From NCBI GenBank assembly GCA_045837725.1, contig JBEWZL010000237.1, positions 62,001-126,000 of the forward strand: 64,000 nucleotides of DNA, written 5' to 3'. Shown piece after piece: positions 1 to 12,000 of the stretch. Position 1 is the first letter of the stretch. Each line of letters starts with the position of its first letter. The notes beneath the pieces were generated by a model. That model worked only from the letters and a program-made list of their open reading frames with translations. It did no database searches and was not told where the DNA came from. The DNA comes from Vermamoeba vermiformis (taxonomy: Eukaryota). The translations under genes and the position numbers were made by a program.

Positions 1-143
1 GTAAATATTCGTAGAATAAACCACTGTATTGTAACACCATGAATCTCATTGTATGAATTGATTTCGGACAGGTCTAAAATTGGCATTAGAAAAATATCTT
101 CGGCGGCAATTGTTTCAATACAAAAGTGCTCGAAGAGATAACT

Positions 144-1362
144 ATGCTTTCAGACCGAATACTAAATCACACATTTGCCACCGCTGGAGTGGTCGCAGTA
201 GCAGGAATCGGGCTGTACTTCTTTCGAAAGGTAATCATCGCATATTCAATAAAAGGTGTTCTAAAATAATATCCGCTAGTTAATTGCAGGTGGAGTGAAC
301 CCCTATCACCCAGATCTGGCAGGGAAAGTAAGGATCTTGTTCAATTAATTTCAAAAATAATTGGGTGCAGACAGCAATAGTTACAGGCGGAAACACTGGA
401 ATAGGTTATGAAACTGTAAAATCTCTGGCAAAATTAAATGCCAATGTTATTGTGAGTAAGTAGTTGCAACTGATAATGCCATCCGTTTTGACAAGTGTCT
501 AACTTTCAATTCTTCAGCGGTCAGAAGTGATGAAAAAGGCATCCGCACCGTTGAAAAACTTCGCAAAGAGACTGGAAACTATCGAATCGATTACCTCGTA
601 CTCGAGCTGTCAAGTTTCAAATCGATCCACAACTTTGTCAAAGAATTCGAGAAGAGAGGTCAAAAGATTGATATTCTTATCAACAATGCCGGTGTGCTGG
701 TATGAAGTGATATTCCAATGAGATTGATCGAAATATAACCTGGCTTACAGGCTCCACCAAGTTCTCTTACCGAGGACGGCTTAGAATTTCATTTCGGCGT
801 GAACTACTTGGGTCACTTTCTTCTCACAAATCTCTTACTGAGGGCTAACTTACTTGCTGATGGATCGCGCATTGTATCACTATCATCGCACGGACACTTC
901 TCCGGCAAGATCAACTTTGACGATTTGAACTGCAGCGGATTCTACGCTTACGCTCAAAGCAAACTCGCAATCATTCTTTTCTCTCGCGAACTGAACCGCA
1001 GACTGAAAGAACAAGGCAAGAACATTATCTCTGTCTCGTGCCATCCTGGCATGGGTAAGTTACTCTGAACCATTAAATTACGTGACTAAACGTTTCATGT
1101 TAAAGTGGTCACTGAGATGGGACGGCACATTCCTTGGTACTTCAAGCTGGTCATGACTCCTATCATGCGTTGGTTCACAAAAACAGCCGAACAGGGAGCC
1201 CAAACAACGCTCTATTGCGCACTTGCCCCTGAAGTTGCGAAGCAAGGTGGCGAGTACTTTTTTGACTGCAAATTGTATACGAAACCAAGTGCTGACGCTC
1301 GGGATGACAAGTTGGCTAAGAAGTTGTGGGAATTCAGCGAGAGATTGGCTAAACTGATTTAG
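144..1362 (+). CDS. Short-chain dehydrogenase/reductase, retinol dehydrogenase 11/12-like (copy 1), multi-exon
   Basis: Spliced exons give an N-terminal hydrophobic anchor, TGGNTGIG Rossmann motif, DILINNAG, VNYLGHFLLT, YAQSK (YxxxK), HPG and EQGAQTTLYCA; GT-AG introns. Confidence 0.9.
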
Positions 1363-1514
1363 CATGCTGTACCTGACGTAACAAACTCAAGTATTAACAC
1401 TTCGTAACGAAGATTCTTGATATTGTGGATTTTGGTCAATAGTATTTATGGAATTGCCGTATTTGAGCTGTAGTGAAATTTTAAACCTGAACGAATTTAA
1501 CTAAACAACACAAG

Positions 1515-2766
1515 ATGAATACTCGCTTAGAATACTTCCAACGAAATAAGCTGGCCACTGCTGGCACCGTTGCTGCCGCTGGAATTGGTTTGTTCTTTTG
1601 GCGGAAGGTAAACTGAATCAACGCGCCAATTGGTGCCGTCATTAATTCATCTATTCAGTTTATCGGCGGTGCATCGAATCCCCATCACCCAGATTTAACG
1701 GGAAAGGTGAGTCAAAATTAATTTGTGATTTCAAAATAAATCAAAAATTAAAATATTTAGCTCGTGGTTGTCACCGGCGGAAACACGGGAATTGGGTATG
1801 AAACCGCTAAGGGCCTCGCCCAATTAAAAGCGGAAGTTATTGTGAGTAAGTGTTGTGTTACCAACGTGGCAAATCTGACCATTTCCTCTAGCGGTGAGAA
1901 GTGACGAAAAAGGCGTCCGTACTGTTGAAAAACTTCGCAAAGAGACTGGAAACTATCGAATCGACTACCTCGTGCTTGAGCTGTCAAGTTTCAAATCGAT
2001 CCACAACTTTGTCAAAGAATTCGAGAAGAGAGGTCAAAAAATTGATATTCTTATCAACAATGCTGGTGTGCTGGTAAATAGCTTTGGTAGTAAATGAATT
2101 TGACGGAATAATTATTTCGTGACAGGCACCGCCGTACACATTGACGGAAGAAGGTTTTGAATGGCAATTCGGCGTGAACTACATGGGTCACTTTCTGCTC
2201 ACAAATCTCTTACTGAGAGCTAACTTACTTGCCGATGGAGCGCGCATTGTATCACTCTCATCACATGGACACATCTCTGGCAAGATCAACTTTGACGATT
2301 TGAACTGGACCAAGAAGTACAGTGGATACTACGCGTATGCTCAAAGCAAACTCGCAAACATCCTTTTTGCTCGCGAACTGAATCGTAGGCTGAAAGAACA
2401 AGGCAAGAACATCACTGCTGTCTCGTGCCACCCTGGCATGGGTAAGTTACTCGGATCGACCTTACAAATTAGGAAATATACGTGCAAGACTTACGCTCCT
2501 ATGCAATAGTAACTACGCAGATGGGCCGTCACATTCCATGGCACCTCAGCTTGCTCATTGGCCTGGTGGCGTATCCGCTCTCCAAAAACCCGAAGCAAGG
2601 AGCACAAACAACGCTCTACTGTGCACTCGCGCCAGACGTTGTCAATCATGGCGGCGAGTACTTTGCCGAGTGCAAGGTGCATGCCAAGCCGAGTCCTGAC
2701 GCTGTTGACGACAACTTGGCCAAGAAGTTGTGGGAGGTCAGCGAGCAACTTGCCAAACTCGTGTAA
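1515..2766 (+). CDS. Short-chain dehydrogenase/reductase, retinol dehydrogenase 11/12-like (copy 2, tandem paralog)
   Basis: Same motifs and intron positions as copy 1 (TGGNTGIG, NNAG, YAQSK, KQGAQTTLYCA). Confidence 0.9.
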
Positions 2767-2848
2767 CGGATTGTCAAGCGCCTGTAGAATTAATACATGG
2801 TTTATTAATATGACATGGGTGGACTAATTACAAGGTGTGATAGTTGTG

Positions 2849-3598
2849 TTAAAGATTGAACGACTCGCCGCAGCCGCACGTGCCCTTTGCATTAGGGTTT
2901 GTAAACACAAATTCTGACTTTAGCTTATCTTTAACAAAATCCATTTCTGTTCCTATAATTGCTAGTGTTGCCTTGGGGTCTACTATTAGTGTAATGTCTA
3001 TAAATAAGATGGTTAGATTAACTTTTTGTGGACGGATCGAGGCACGTACCATCGGCTTTTACAACTTCGTCAGTCTTATTAATTGTTTCTGCAAAATGCA
3101 TAGTATATACATATCCGTTACATCCACCCTTTTTCACGCCAATTCGAATACCTGATAATAAAAATTTTCGATCAGATCCACGTCGCGTGCTCGGTTAGTT
3201 CAAACAACAATTTCATAAATGGCTGCGGCAGTGAAATGTAGATATAGTACTTACCAGCGCAAGGTGTCTTTCGTGTCTTCATGAGCTCTCTAACGCGCGA
3301 TTTGGCTGCATCTGTCTAAACAACGAAAAATATTAGTTCGTTTGCCAGAATATTTTAATAACGGAAAAAAATATATTATATTAACACTTAATTTTAATAC
3401 GTTCGAGCCATGGCTTAATAGAATTTTTCCGCAGAAATGGAAGAAAGCGGTATTTGGATCTCGGACGTAACTTTTTCTGGAACAATTTTTACAATAATCT
3501 TTAGTGCGAACGAGTCTAATAAAAATACTTACCATTGTAAATAACGATTTAGCACCTGAAGCTAAACGGCTAACTCCCGTCCTCACTACACCAGCCAT
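2849..3598 (-). CDS. ISCA1: Mitochondrial iron-sulfur cluster assembly protein IscA/ISCA1
   Basis: C-terminal IIGTEMDFVKDKLKSEFVFTNPNAKGTCGCGESF; GCNG exon; Arg/Ser-rich presequence MAGVVRTGVSRLASG. Confidence 0.9.
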
Positions 3599-4050
3599 TC
3601 TGCTTTGATCTGTTTAGTGCTTATTGAGAGTTGATAAATTTGTTATATAGAAGATTGATATGTTGCCTTCTACTCGTTTTGAAATTAATAATTACCCGAC
3701 AAACAATTTCGTAAAATTTTGGCAACCAGCCGAAATGGTACATTCAAAGAAATTTGTGCAGCGTAGTTGTAACCCTAATCAGATGCAGCTTGTGTAGACT
3801 GATTAGTGTTCTTAACTACGGAGGCAGCTCCGATGTTGTGGATCCGTCAGAAAAGCGTTCATGAAAAATCCTTAATTTCGCAACTCTTGCGACAATTTGG
3901 AACATTGTTCCGAAAATTACTTGTTTTCGACATAAAGCCATCGCCACCGGTGGATAATAAATAAATCTACTTAGGTTTATTAAATAATGCCCTCGGTACC
4001 AAAATAGGGCTTAAATAACACGGGTCGTGAGGAGCCAGATCAGAACTTGT

Positions 4051-5782
4051 TTAGAAGATGGGGATGTATTGAGACATCTTAGCCTTTTGTCCTTGCACAA
4101 TACACTCGGCAATCCAAACGATGTTGCGGATCTCTTGCTCCTTCAACTTGAAGTAAGAGTAAAACACACCGTAGCCGAATTGTTGCAAGAAACTGAGTTT
4201 GTTCAATTGCACTTCGTACTCGAAGAAGGCCTCTTCCAGACCCTTGTCTTCAGAGTATTGAATATCGGACAACAAGTTGCGGTAAGTCTGCGATGTGGAA
4301 TGGTCAGATCGAGTCACGTGTGCTAGGTTACACGAAGGCATTGTTGCTTACCTGGAAGTTTTCAAGACTGCTGCGGACTTGATCGGCGTCATCAGCCTTC
4401 TTTAGCAGCTCAGTGCCTTCAGGGTACAAAGAACCAAAGCGAGGGTACAACCTACAAACACGCGTGTCAGATCTACTCTGTGACATCACTAGAACATATT
4501 CTAATATTGATTATAGTCTCCCTGTCGAGTTGAATAATAACGTACTTTTGTTTTTCGTCTTTTGTCAATTCAGTACCAAAACTGTTCAATGTGATGTTAA
4601 TGCTTCGTCTGTCAGCCTCGAACTACAGAAGCACGCAAATTAGTAATTCTAACGCTATAATGACACTATTAATAGATCTATATTAACTTACGGACAAAAC
4701 GTCGTGCATGACATCAGCGGTGGGGCCACCCAAACTCAAGCAGAAGTTGTAAAAATCTTCCAAATAAGCTTTGTACAAAGTGTTACGAATAATTTCAATG
4801 TTCAATTCGTCCAAATCCTTTGCTTCGAGGCATCCTTGAATATAAGGGCCTATTGTGAAATAAAAATTAAAAAACGGTACTGTCAAATCTCAGTTCGATC
4901 GTGCCCAGATCGCGGTATAAAATAGCTTTGTAAGCTATCTATCGCTTGGAAAAAATACTTACCAAGAGGAGTATCGATGAGGACTTCATTATACAAACTA
5001 GAAACAGAGTGTTCAACAGTGATCGTGTTCATGGTAGGGAAGAGACCCAAGGGGTGGCATTTTTCTCTCAATTCCTCGGGGTTACGCTCGTGCAAAGTAC
5101 CAGTAATCAATAAAATAACGTTGTCGATCATGTAGCCGTAACTGGATAATGAGATAAATTTAGTTTGTAATCCGACAAAAATAATAAAAATAACGTTGTG
5201 ACAACCCTGAACTTGGTTAAAGCGCCAATCAAAAAACAATTAATATTTTGATGCTACTTACGTAATATAATCCAAGAAATTGGACAAGGGCTTCACTGAA
5301 TTCGTGCGCAAATAGTTGAAGTGCTCCACCATCTTCAGAGTGCACTTTTCAGCGATGGTAGCAGTGGTAAGAGGACCAACTTCGCTGTCCAAGAAGTCTC
5401 CATATGAAGTGGCAGCCAATTGGAGCTTCAGATCTACGCGTGTAACGATTATTATTTGGATTAATTTTTATTACCCGAAAGAACAATTAAATGAACTTTC
5501 CGGCGTTATAATAACCGTGCAAAAATATCAATAAAATATGTTATAATAGCTGTATAATTACAGTAAATTATTGGAGCTAATTACAAACATCCGGATGCGC
5601 AAAATATCGAGCCATTAGGAAGCGCTATTCTTACCTTCCAAGTTCTCACATTGACACAAATTGGTATATTCAGTTTGATTTAATAATCCGAGCTTGAAGC
5701 CGCGCAAAAGGGCCTCAAGGAAACCGTCATCCATGTTGAAGGTGAAAAAGCCACCGGGGAGTTGGATCGAGGGAGCTGACAT
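4051..5782 (-). CDS. ATP6V0D1: V-type ATPase V0 subunit d
   Basis: Exons encode [59 protein letters not shown] and [16 protein letters not shown]...YIPIF. Confidence 0.95.
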
Positions 5783-6074
5783 ATTTGATGTGCTGATTAT
5801 ATATTTACACTATTGATTGAACTGTGTTCCTGTGGGTCCTCAGGTTGACAACGAACACCACTACGAAAACGACTGCGAAAAATTCTACGGGCGTCATAAA
5901 ATTGATAAAAGGGACGAAATTTCTTTTTTTTTATCGTTACAAGCTTCACGACCCAAGCACGCCATTCTTGTTCCTCATTACCTTGTGAGGTCACGATCCT
6001 TGTTTATTTATTTTTTTGTCCATTTGTCTTCCTTTTGTAAACCGATCCAGTTCCGATCAGATACAGCAAAAAAG

Positions 6075-9000
6075 ATGTCAACTTTTCAGTTTGACCTGCA
6101 GTTGGCTCTCATTAATATTATAGAGCGATTCCCTGAACGAAAGGGGGATCTGGCACACTTCTTACAGAGACAGGTGAGTGAATCTCGTGTGGCCATCTGG
6201 ATCGCACTGTTTTCTCAATTATATTTTTAAAAATTAATTATTCATGTACCATGGTGATAAAAGTTGCATATTGTATCGGGGATCGGTCGATTTTGAATTT
6301 TTGTAACAATAGCTAACCACAGTTTTGTCGAATCCAGATTTGGGCCAAGGAGGATCGGAAACTGATATTGAATACACTGGCACAAATGTTATTATATCCC
6401 CAAACAACAGAAGAGATAGCTATTAACGTTCTCCCAATCATTCCTGAACTGGTCACTCGCATCATCGACGAAAGCGCGATCCAAGGAGTTCCAGCGACTC
6501 TCCGTTTTCCTCTAATCGTTTGTGCTTTTAGCAAATTAATTTCTATAACACCACATATTTCAAATTTAATTATTGAATATTTTCGTAAGTCTCCATCAAT
6601 TTTGCAGTCGCTGGATCGCCATCAGATCGCATCTTCGGCCGAGAATGGCGCAGAGACTGAAGAAATGTGTTTGGAGTTAGTTAAAGCTGTGTACAGATTC
6701 CTTAAGTTCTCTATGAAGGACTTCAGTGCGTTGTGGACCTGGAGCCCTCTCTTTCCTCTCCTCCAACAACCAAACGAGGAGATCCGAGCATTTGTCTGCC
6801 AATGTCTTGTTATGGTGCTTGGAATTAGCGACCAACGCGTCCACAACAGCGAATTTTGTAAAAAGTTGTTAATAGAATGTAATTATATTATGCGGTAAGT
6901 CACAGAATATTACTAGAGACACGTGTTGGATGTGCTTTCTAACTCCGTTGCAGATTTGACGAAGATGAGGCTCGATTGCAGCAACGCCACTTAGAGGTTC
7001 TGAAGGCCAATACAGTTGAGATCAAGCAGATTGAGAATAGAATTGAAGGCAGTATTGTGACCGGAGCAGATCTTGGTTCTCGCCTCATCGACGTTTCTGG
7101 TTTCTTGCTACCGATTAAGCAAGAGCAAAAGTAAGTAGCAGTTCGATTTAGTTCAAGGATCTGGGTATCTAATGTGAGCTGTAGCTATTTGAACCAAGAT
7201 CGAAGAACGAATCTGGTCATGACTCCGACAACTCAACGAAACATCGAGTCTTTGACTCTTGCCATTTCTCAAGGAGCACCTATTTTGTTGCAAGGTCCTC
7301 CTGGCTCTGGCAAGACGTCGGCCGTTGATTACTTATCGAAAGTAACCGGCAATCATAGTATGTATCTCTGGATCTTGACACGAACCCAGATCCGACTAAT
7401 AATTCGTCTTAGATATGATTAAAATTCACCTCGGAGATCAAAGCGACGCAAAGATTTTGTTGGGCACGTACATTTGCACTGATGTTCCGGGAGAATTTCA
7501 CTGGGTGTCTGGTGCATTGACGCAAGCGGTGACTGAGGGTCGGTGGATCCTCATTGAAGACATCGACATGGCCTCCACTGAGGTATTATCGGTGTTAATT
7601 CCATTATTGGAAAAGCGGCAATTGTTTATTCCTGGCCGTGGTGAAGTTATTGATGCCGCTGAAGGCTTCCAGATCTTCGCCACACAAACTATGCACTCGC
7701 ACGGCCACGGTGGCAAAAACAGTAAGTAGTTCGTTCTATTGGTTAGCGGCTGTACTGACACCCCTTGTAGTCGATATCCTCAACAGTTTTTGGACACGTG
7801 TCATTGTAGAGCCACTGGGCTCCGAAGAGTTGACAGCTGTGTTGCGATACAGATTTTCTCCCATCGAGCCATTGATTGCAAAGATCATTGGTAAGGAAGA
7901 TAACTCGCTGATGTGATTATGACTAACAAATATATTAGAAACATTCGAGATGTTGCAACGTGCTCAAGAGGCTTCACCAACCCCTCCTACTCTGCCCCAG
8001 AGCACTGAACCTTCGGCCAACACTGAAGCTCAACAACAGCCTCAGATCCCTAAAATTCGCTCTGGTCGCTTTATTTCTATTCGCGACGTGACCAAGTGGT
8101 GCTCAAGAATTGAAGATGCCGTCAAGGGCTCAGACTTCAATAACAACGTGATTAGCTCGCAAGTGCGCGAGATCGTGTTCTTGGAAGCTGTTGATTGCTT
8201 CTGCTGCGCCATTGCAAAGGGTCCTCTGAGACGACAAGTCGTGGATCTGATTGCAAAAATCTGGCAAATTGAAGCAAGCCGCGTCGAGTACTTTGCTGCT
8301 AGCTACAAGCCTCAACTGAACGTTACCAAGTCTACAGTCAACCTCGGTCGTGTTGTGCAGTTGCCGATTTACAATCCTGACAACTCCAGCACTCCTTCGT
8401 TGCAATTGGAAAGTGATACTTATTGCTACACTAGACACTCGCTCGTGCTTATGGAGCGATTGGCACAATGTTTGAAGTAAGTGCATCATAAGAATTCCAA
8501 TTGAATGTAACCTAATCATTCTTAGACACGAGGAACCGATCTTATTGGTTGGTGAGACTGGTTGCGGTAAAACGAGTACTATTCAACACCTCGCCAAGAA
8601 ATTGAACCAGAAATTGGTTGTGCTGGTATGTTTGGATAGCATAGATAGGTTAAAGTTATGTCGCTAATGATTTTTTCAGAACTTGAATCAGCAGAGCGAC
8701 AGCGCAGACTTGTTGGGTGGTTTCAGACCGGTCGAGTTACGTTTGTTGTGCGTGCCATTGAAAAAGAAGTTCGACGCTCTGTTCACCAAGACTTTTTCAA
8801 AGAAAGCGAACACAGCTTTCCTTGAGAAAGTACATCAGTTCTTTGCGAACAAGGACTGGAAGAAATTGGTCATGTCCTTCCGAAAGGCCGTTCAAATGGT
8901 CAAGGACAAGATATTCAAAGAGCAAGAAGAGCCTGAGCGCGGCGAAGAGACTCAGCAACGAAAGAAGGCTAAGGACAACAAACCCCAATTACGCGAAGAG

Positions 9001-12000
9001 TGGGCCAAGTTCGAAGCCGCCGTGTCAAAGTTTGACATTCAGCAAGATCAAATCAAGAACAACTTTGCATTCTCGTTTGTCGAGGGTGCTCTGATTAAAG
9101 CCATTAAGAAGGGACAATGGGTCCTTCTCGACGAAATTAACTTGGCATCCGCCGAGACACTCGAAGTAAGTAACGCTAAATACAATTTGGCATATCCTAA
9201 CCAGCCTTTAGAGCTTGAGCGGCTTGCTTGAAGGAGGTTCAATCGTTTTGACCGAACGTGGAGATGTCACCGAGGTTCCAAGACACACCAACTTCAGACT
9301 CTTTGGCTCTATGAACCCCGCCAACGACTTTGGCAAGAAAGACTTGCCAGCTACTCTCCGCAATCGTTTCACTGAGTTCTACGTGGACGATATGGAAGAC
9401 CGAGATGACTTGAAGATCTTGGTTCAGTCGTACTTGAAGACCGTGGCACCTGGCATGCAAGTTGACAACATTGTCGACTTCTATTTGGCTGCTCGAGCTG
9501 AGGCTGCTAAGAACCTCACCGACGGAGCCAATCAACGACCTCATTTCAGTCTCCGAACGCTGTCTCGTACTTTGGAGTTCACCAAGCGTATCGCCAAACA
9601 ATACGGCTATCAACGTGCTTTGTACGAAGGAGCTTGCATGAGTTTCTTGACCCAACTCGACACGAAGTCCTATCCTGTCATGAAAGAGCTTATTAAGAAG
9701 CACTTGCAGAAAGGGTAAGTTTGCTTGTTCCAAATATACAGCTTGCTGTCGTACGCGAGGGAGAGTTGAAAATGATGTTTAGATGACGAGACTGAAATTA
9801 ACAATGTGTTGATCAAAATTTGGCCTGATACTTCAACGTTCCCCGAGAATACTAGCAATTGTTTTCACTTGCGACGAATTGTTATTAACCTTCATTACGT
9901 AGAATTCCTCAAGGTCAATTGAACAGAGCACCAAACCCGCCGTCTGACAATTACGTGAAGTTTGACCAGTTCTGGATCGAAAAGGGAACTGAGTCAATCA
10001 TCGAAGACCCAAGATACATTCTGACGACCACCATTCAAACGCACTTGAACAACTTGGGTCGTATTGCTGTGGCACGCAACTATCCTGTTCTGCTGCAAGG
10101 TCCTACTAGTGCTGGTAAAACTAGCATGGTGCAATACTTGGCCAAGAAGACTGGTCATCGTATGGTCCGTATCAACAACCACGAGCACACTGACATCCAA
10201 GAGTACTTGGGTCAATACACAACTGACCCGCAGACTGGTCAACTTAAGTTCCAAGAAGGCATTCTGGTCGAGGCTGTCCGCAATGGCTACTGGATTGTTT
10301 TGGACGAGCTGAACTTGGCTCCCTCAGAAGTTCTCGAAGCTTTGAATAGATTGCTTGACGACAACCGCGAGTTGTTTATTCCCGACACGCAACAAGTTAT
10401 CAAGCCTCACCCGAGTTTTATGTTGTTTGCCACTCAAAATCCTCCTGGTATTTACGGAGGTCGAAAAGTCTTGTCTCGTGCCTTCCGAAACCGTTTCTTG
10501 GAGCTGCACTTCGACGACATTCCCGACGATGAATTGCAGACTATCTTGAAGGAGCGTTGTGCCATCCCGGAGTCTTATGCCAAGAAGCTCATTGCCATCA
10601 TGAAGGATCTTCAGCGTCATCGCCAAGGCTCTAAGGTCTTTGCTGGCAAGCACGGGTTCATCACCTTGCGTGACTTGTTCAAGTGGGCCGAGCGACATCC
10701 CCACAGCTACGAACAGTTGGGAGTCGAAGGCTATATGCTCCTAGCTGAGCGTCTCCGAAATCACGAGGAGAAGCTCATTGTGAAGAAAGTTCTCGAAGAG
10801 CATTTGAAGATCAGCTTGGACATCGACAGACTCTACGAGTCCGAGACAAACGGCTCTGACGAGTTCCAACACTTCAACGAATTGTTGCAAACACACGATT
10901 CAGAAATGGCTCGTAAGGTCGTATGGACTCAGAGCATGAAGCGTTTGTTCACTCTTGTTGGTCGCTGCTTGCGCTACAAAGAGCCCGTGCTACTTGTTGG
11001 TGAGACTGGTACCGGCAAAACAATGATCTGCGAGTTGTGGAGCTGGCTGTTGAACCAACCGATGCAAACGTTGAACTGTCATCAACACACGGAGACTCAA
11101 GACTTCTTGGGAGGTCTGAGACCAGTACGCGGAAAAGAGAAGGTCACTGCTCAATTGGACGCTAGTGTTCGCGACTTCATTTCCAAGTCCACTTCTCTGC
11201 AGCATAACAGCGAGGTGATTCACAAGTACGCAGCGGTACCCGTGGATCAGCTTAATGGAAAAGACTTGATGAACGCCTTCGAAGAAATATTGCCTGTGGT
11301 GTTCAATATGAAGGTCCAAGAGAAAGAGATTGATGCTTCAAGCTCGTTGAAGAATCAACTGGCCTACCTAATTGCCAAGGCCGAAGAGATCCGCGTACTG
11401 GAGAAGGAGCTTCAAACTTTGTTCGCTTGGTACGATGGTCCTCTTGTACAAGCTATGAAGACTGGACAGCTCTTGTTAGTCGACGAAATATCACTTGCCG
11501 AAGATGCCGTGCTTGAGCGCCTCAACTCTGTGCTTGAGCCTAGTCGCACATTAACTTTGGCTGAAAAGGGAGGTGAAGCCATCGAAGAAATCGTCGCTCA
11601 CTCAGACTTCAGAGTGTTGGCTACTATGAACCCTGGAGGTGACTTTGGCAAGAAAGAACTGTCACCAGCTCTTCGTAACAGATTTACCGAGATCTATGTG
11701 CCTCAAATCAACTCTCGTGAAGATTTGTGCATGATCATCGAAGAACGATTCACCGTGCCTGCTTTGAAAGGCTTCGGCGACAAGCTGTTGGACTTCGTGG
11801 AATGGTTTTCATCCAAGCAAATTCACAAGAACCAATTCGCGCTCAACTTGCGTGATATTCTCGCCTGGGTGGAGTTCTTGAATCGCACTCTTGGCAAGAA
11901 TGCTGTCGTAAACAGCCCTGCTTCTGCTCCTCAAGATGTTCAAACTGCTTTGTACGAGTCGTACCTCCATGGTGCATCGTTGGTGTTGCTCGACGGTTTG

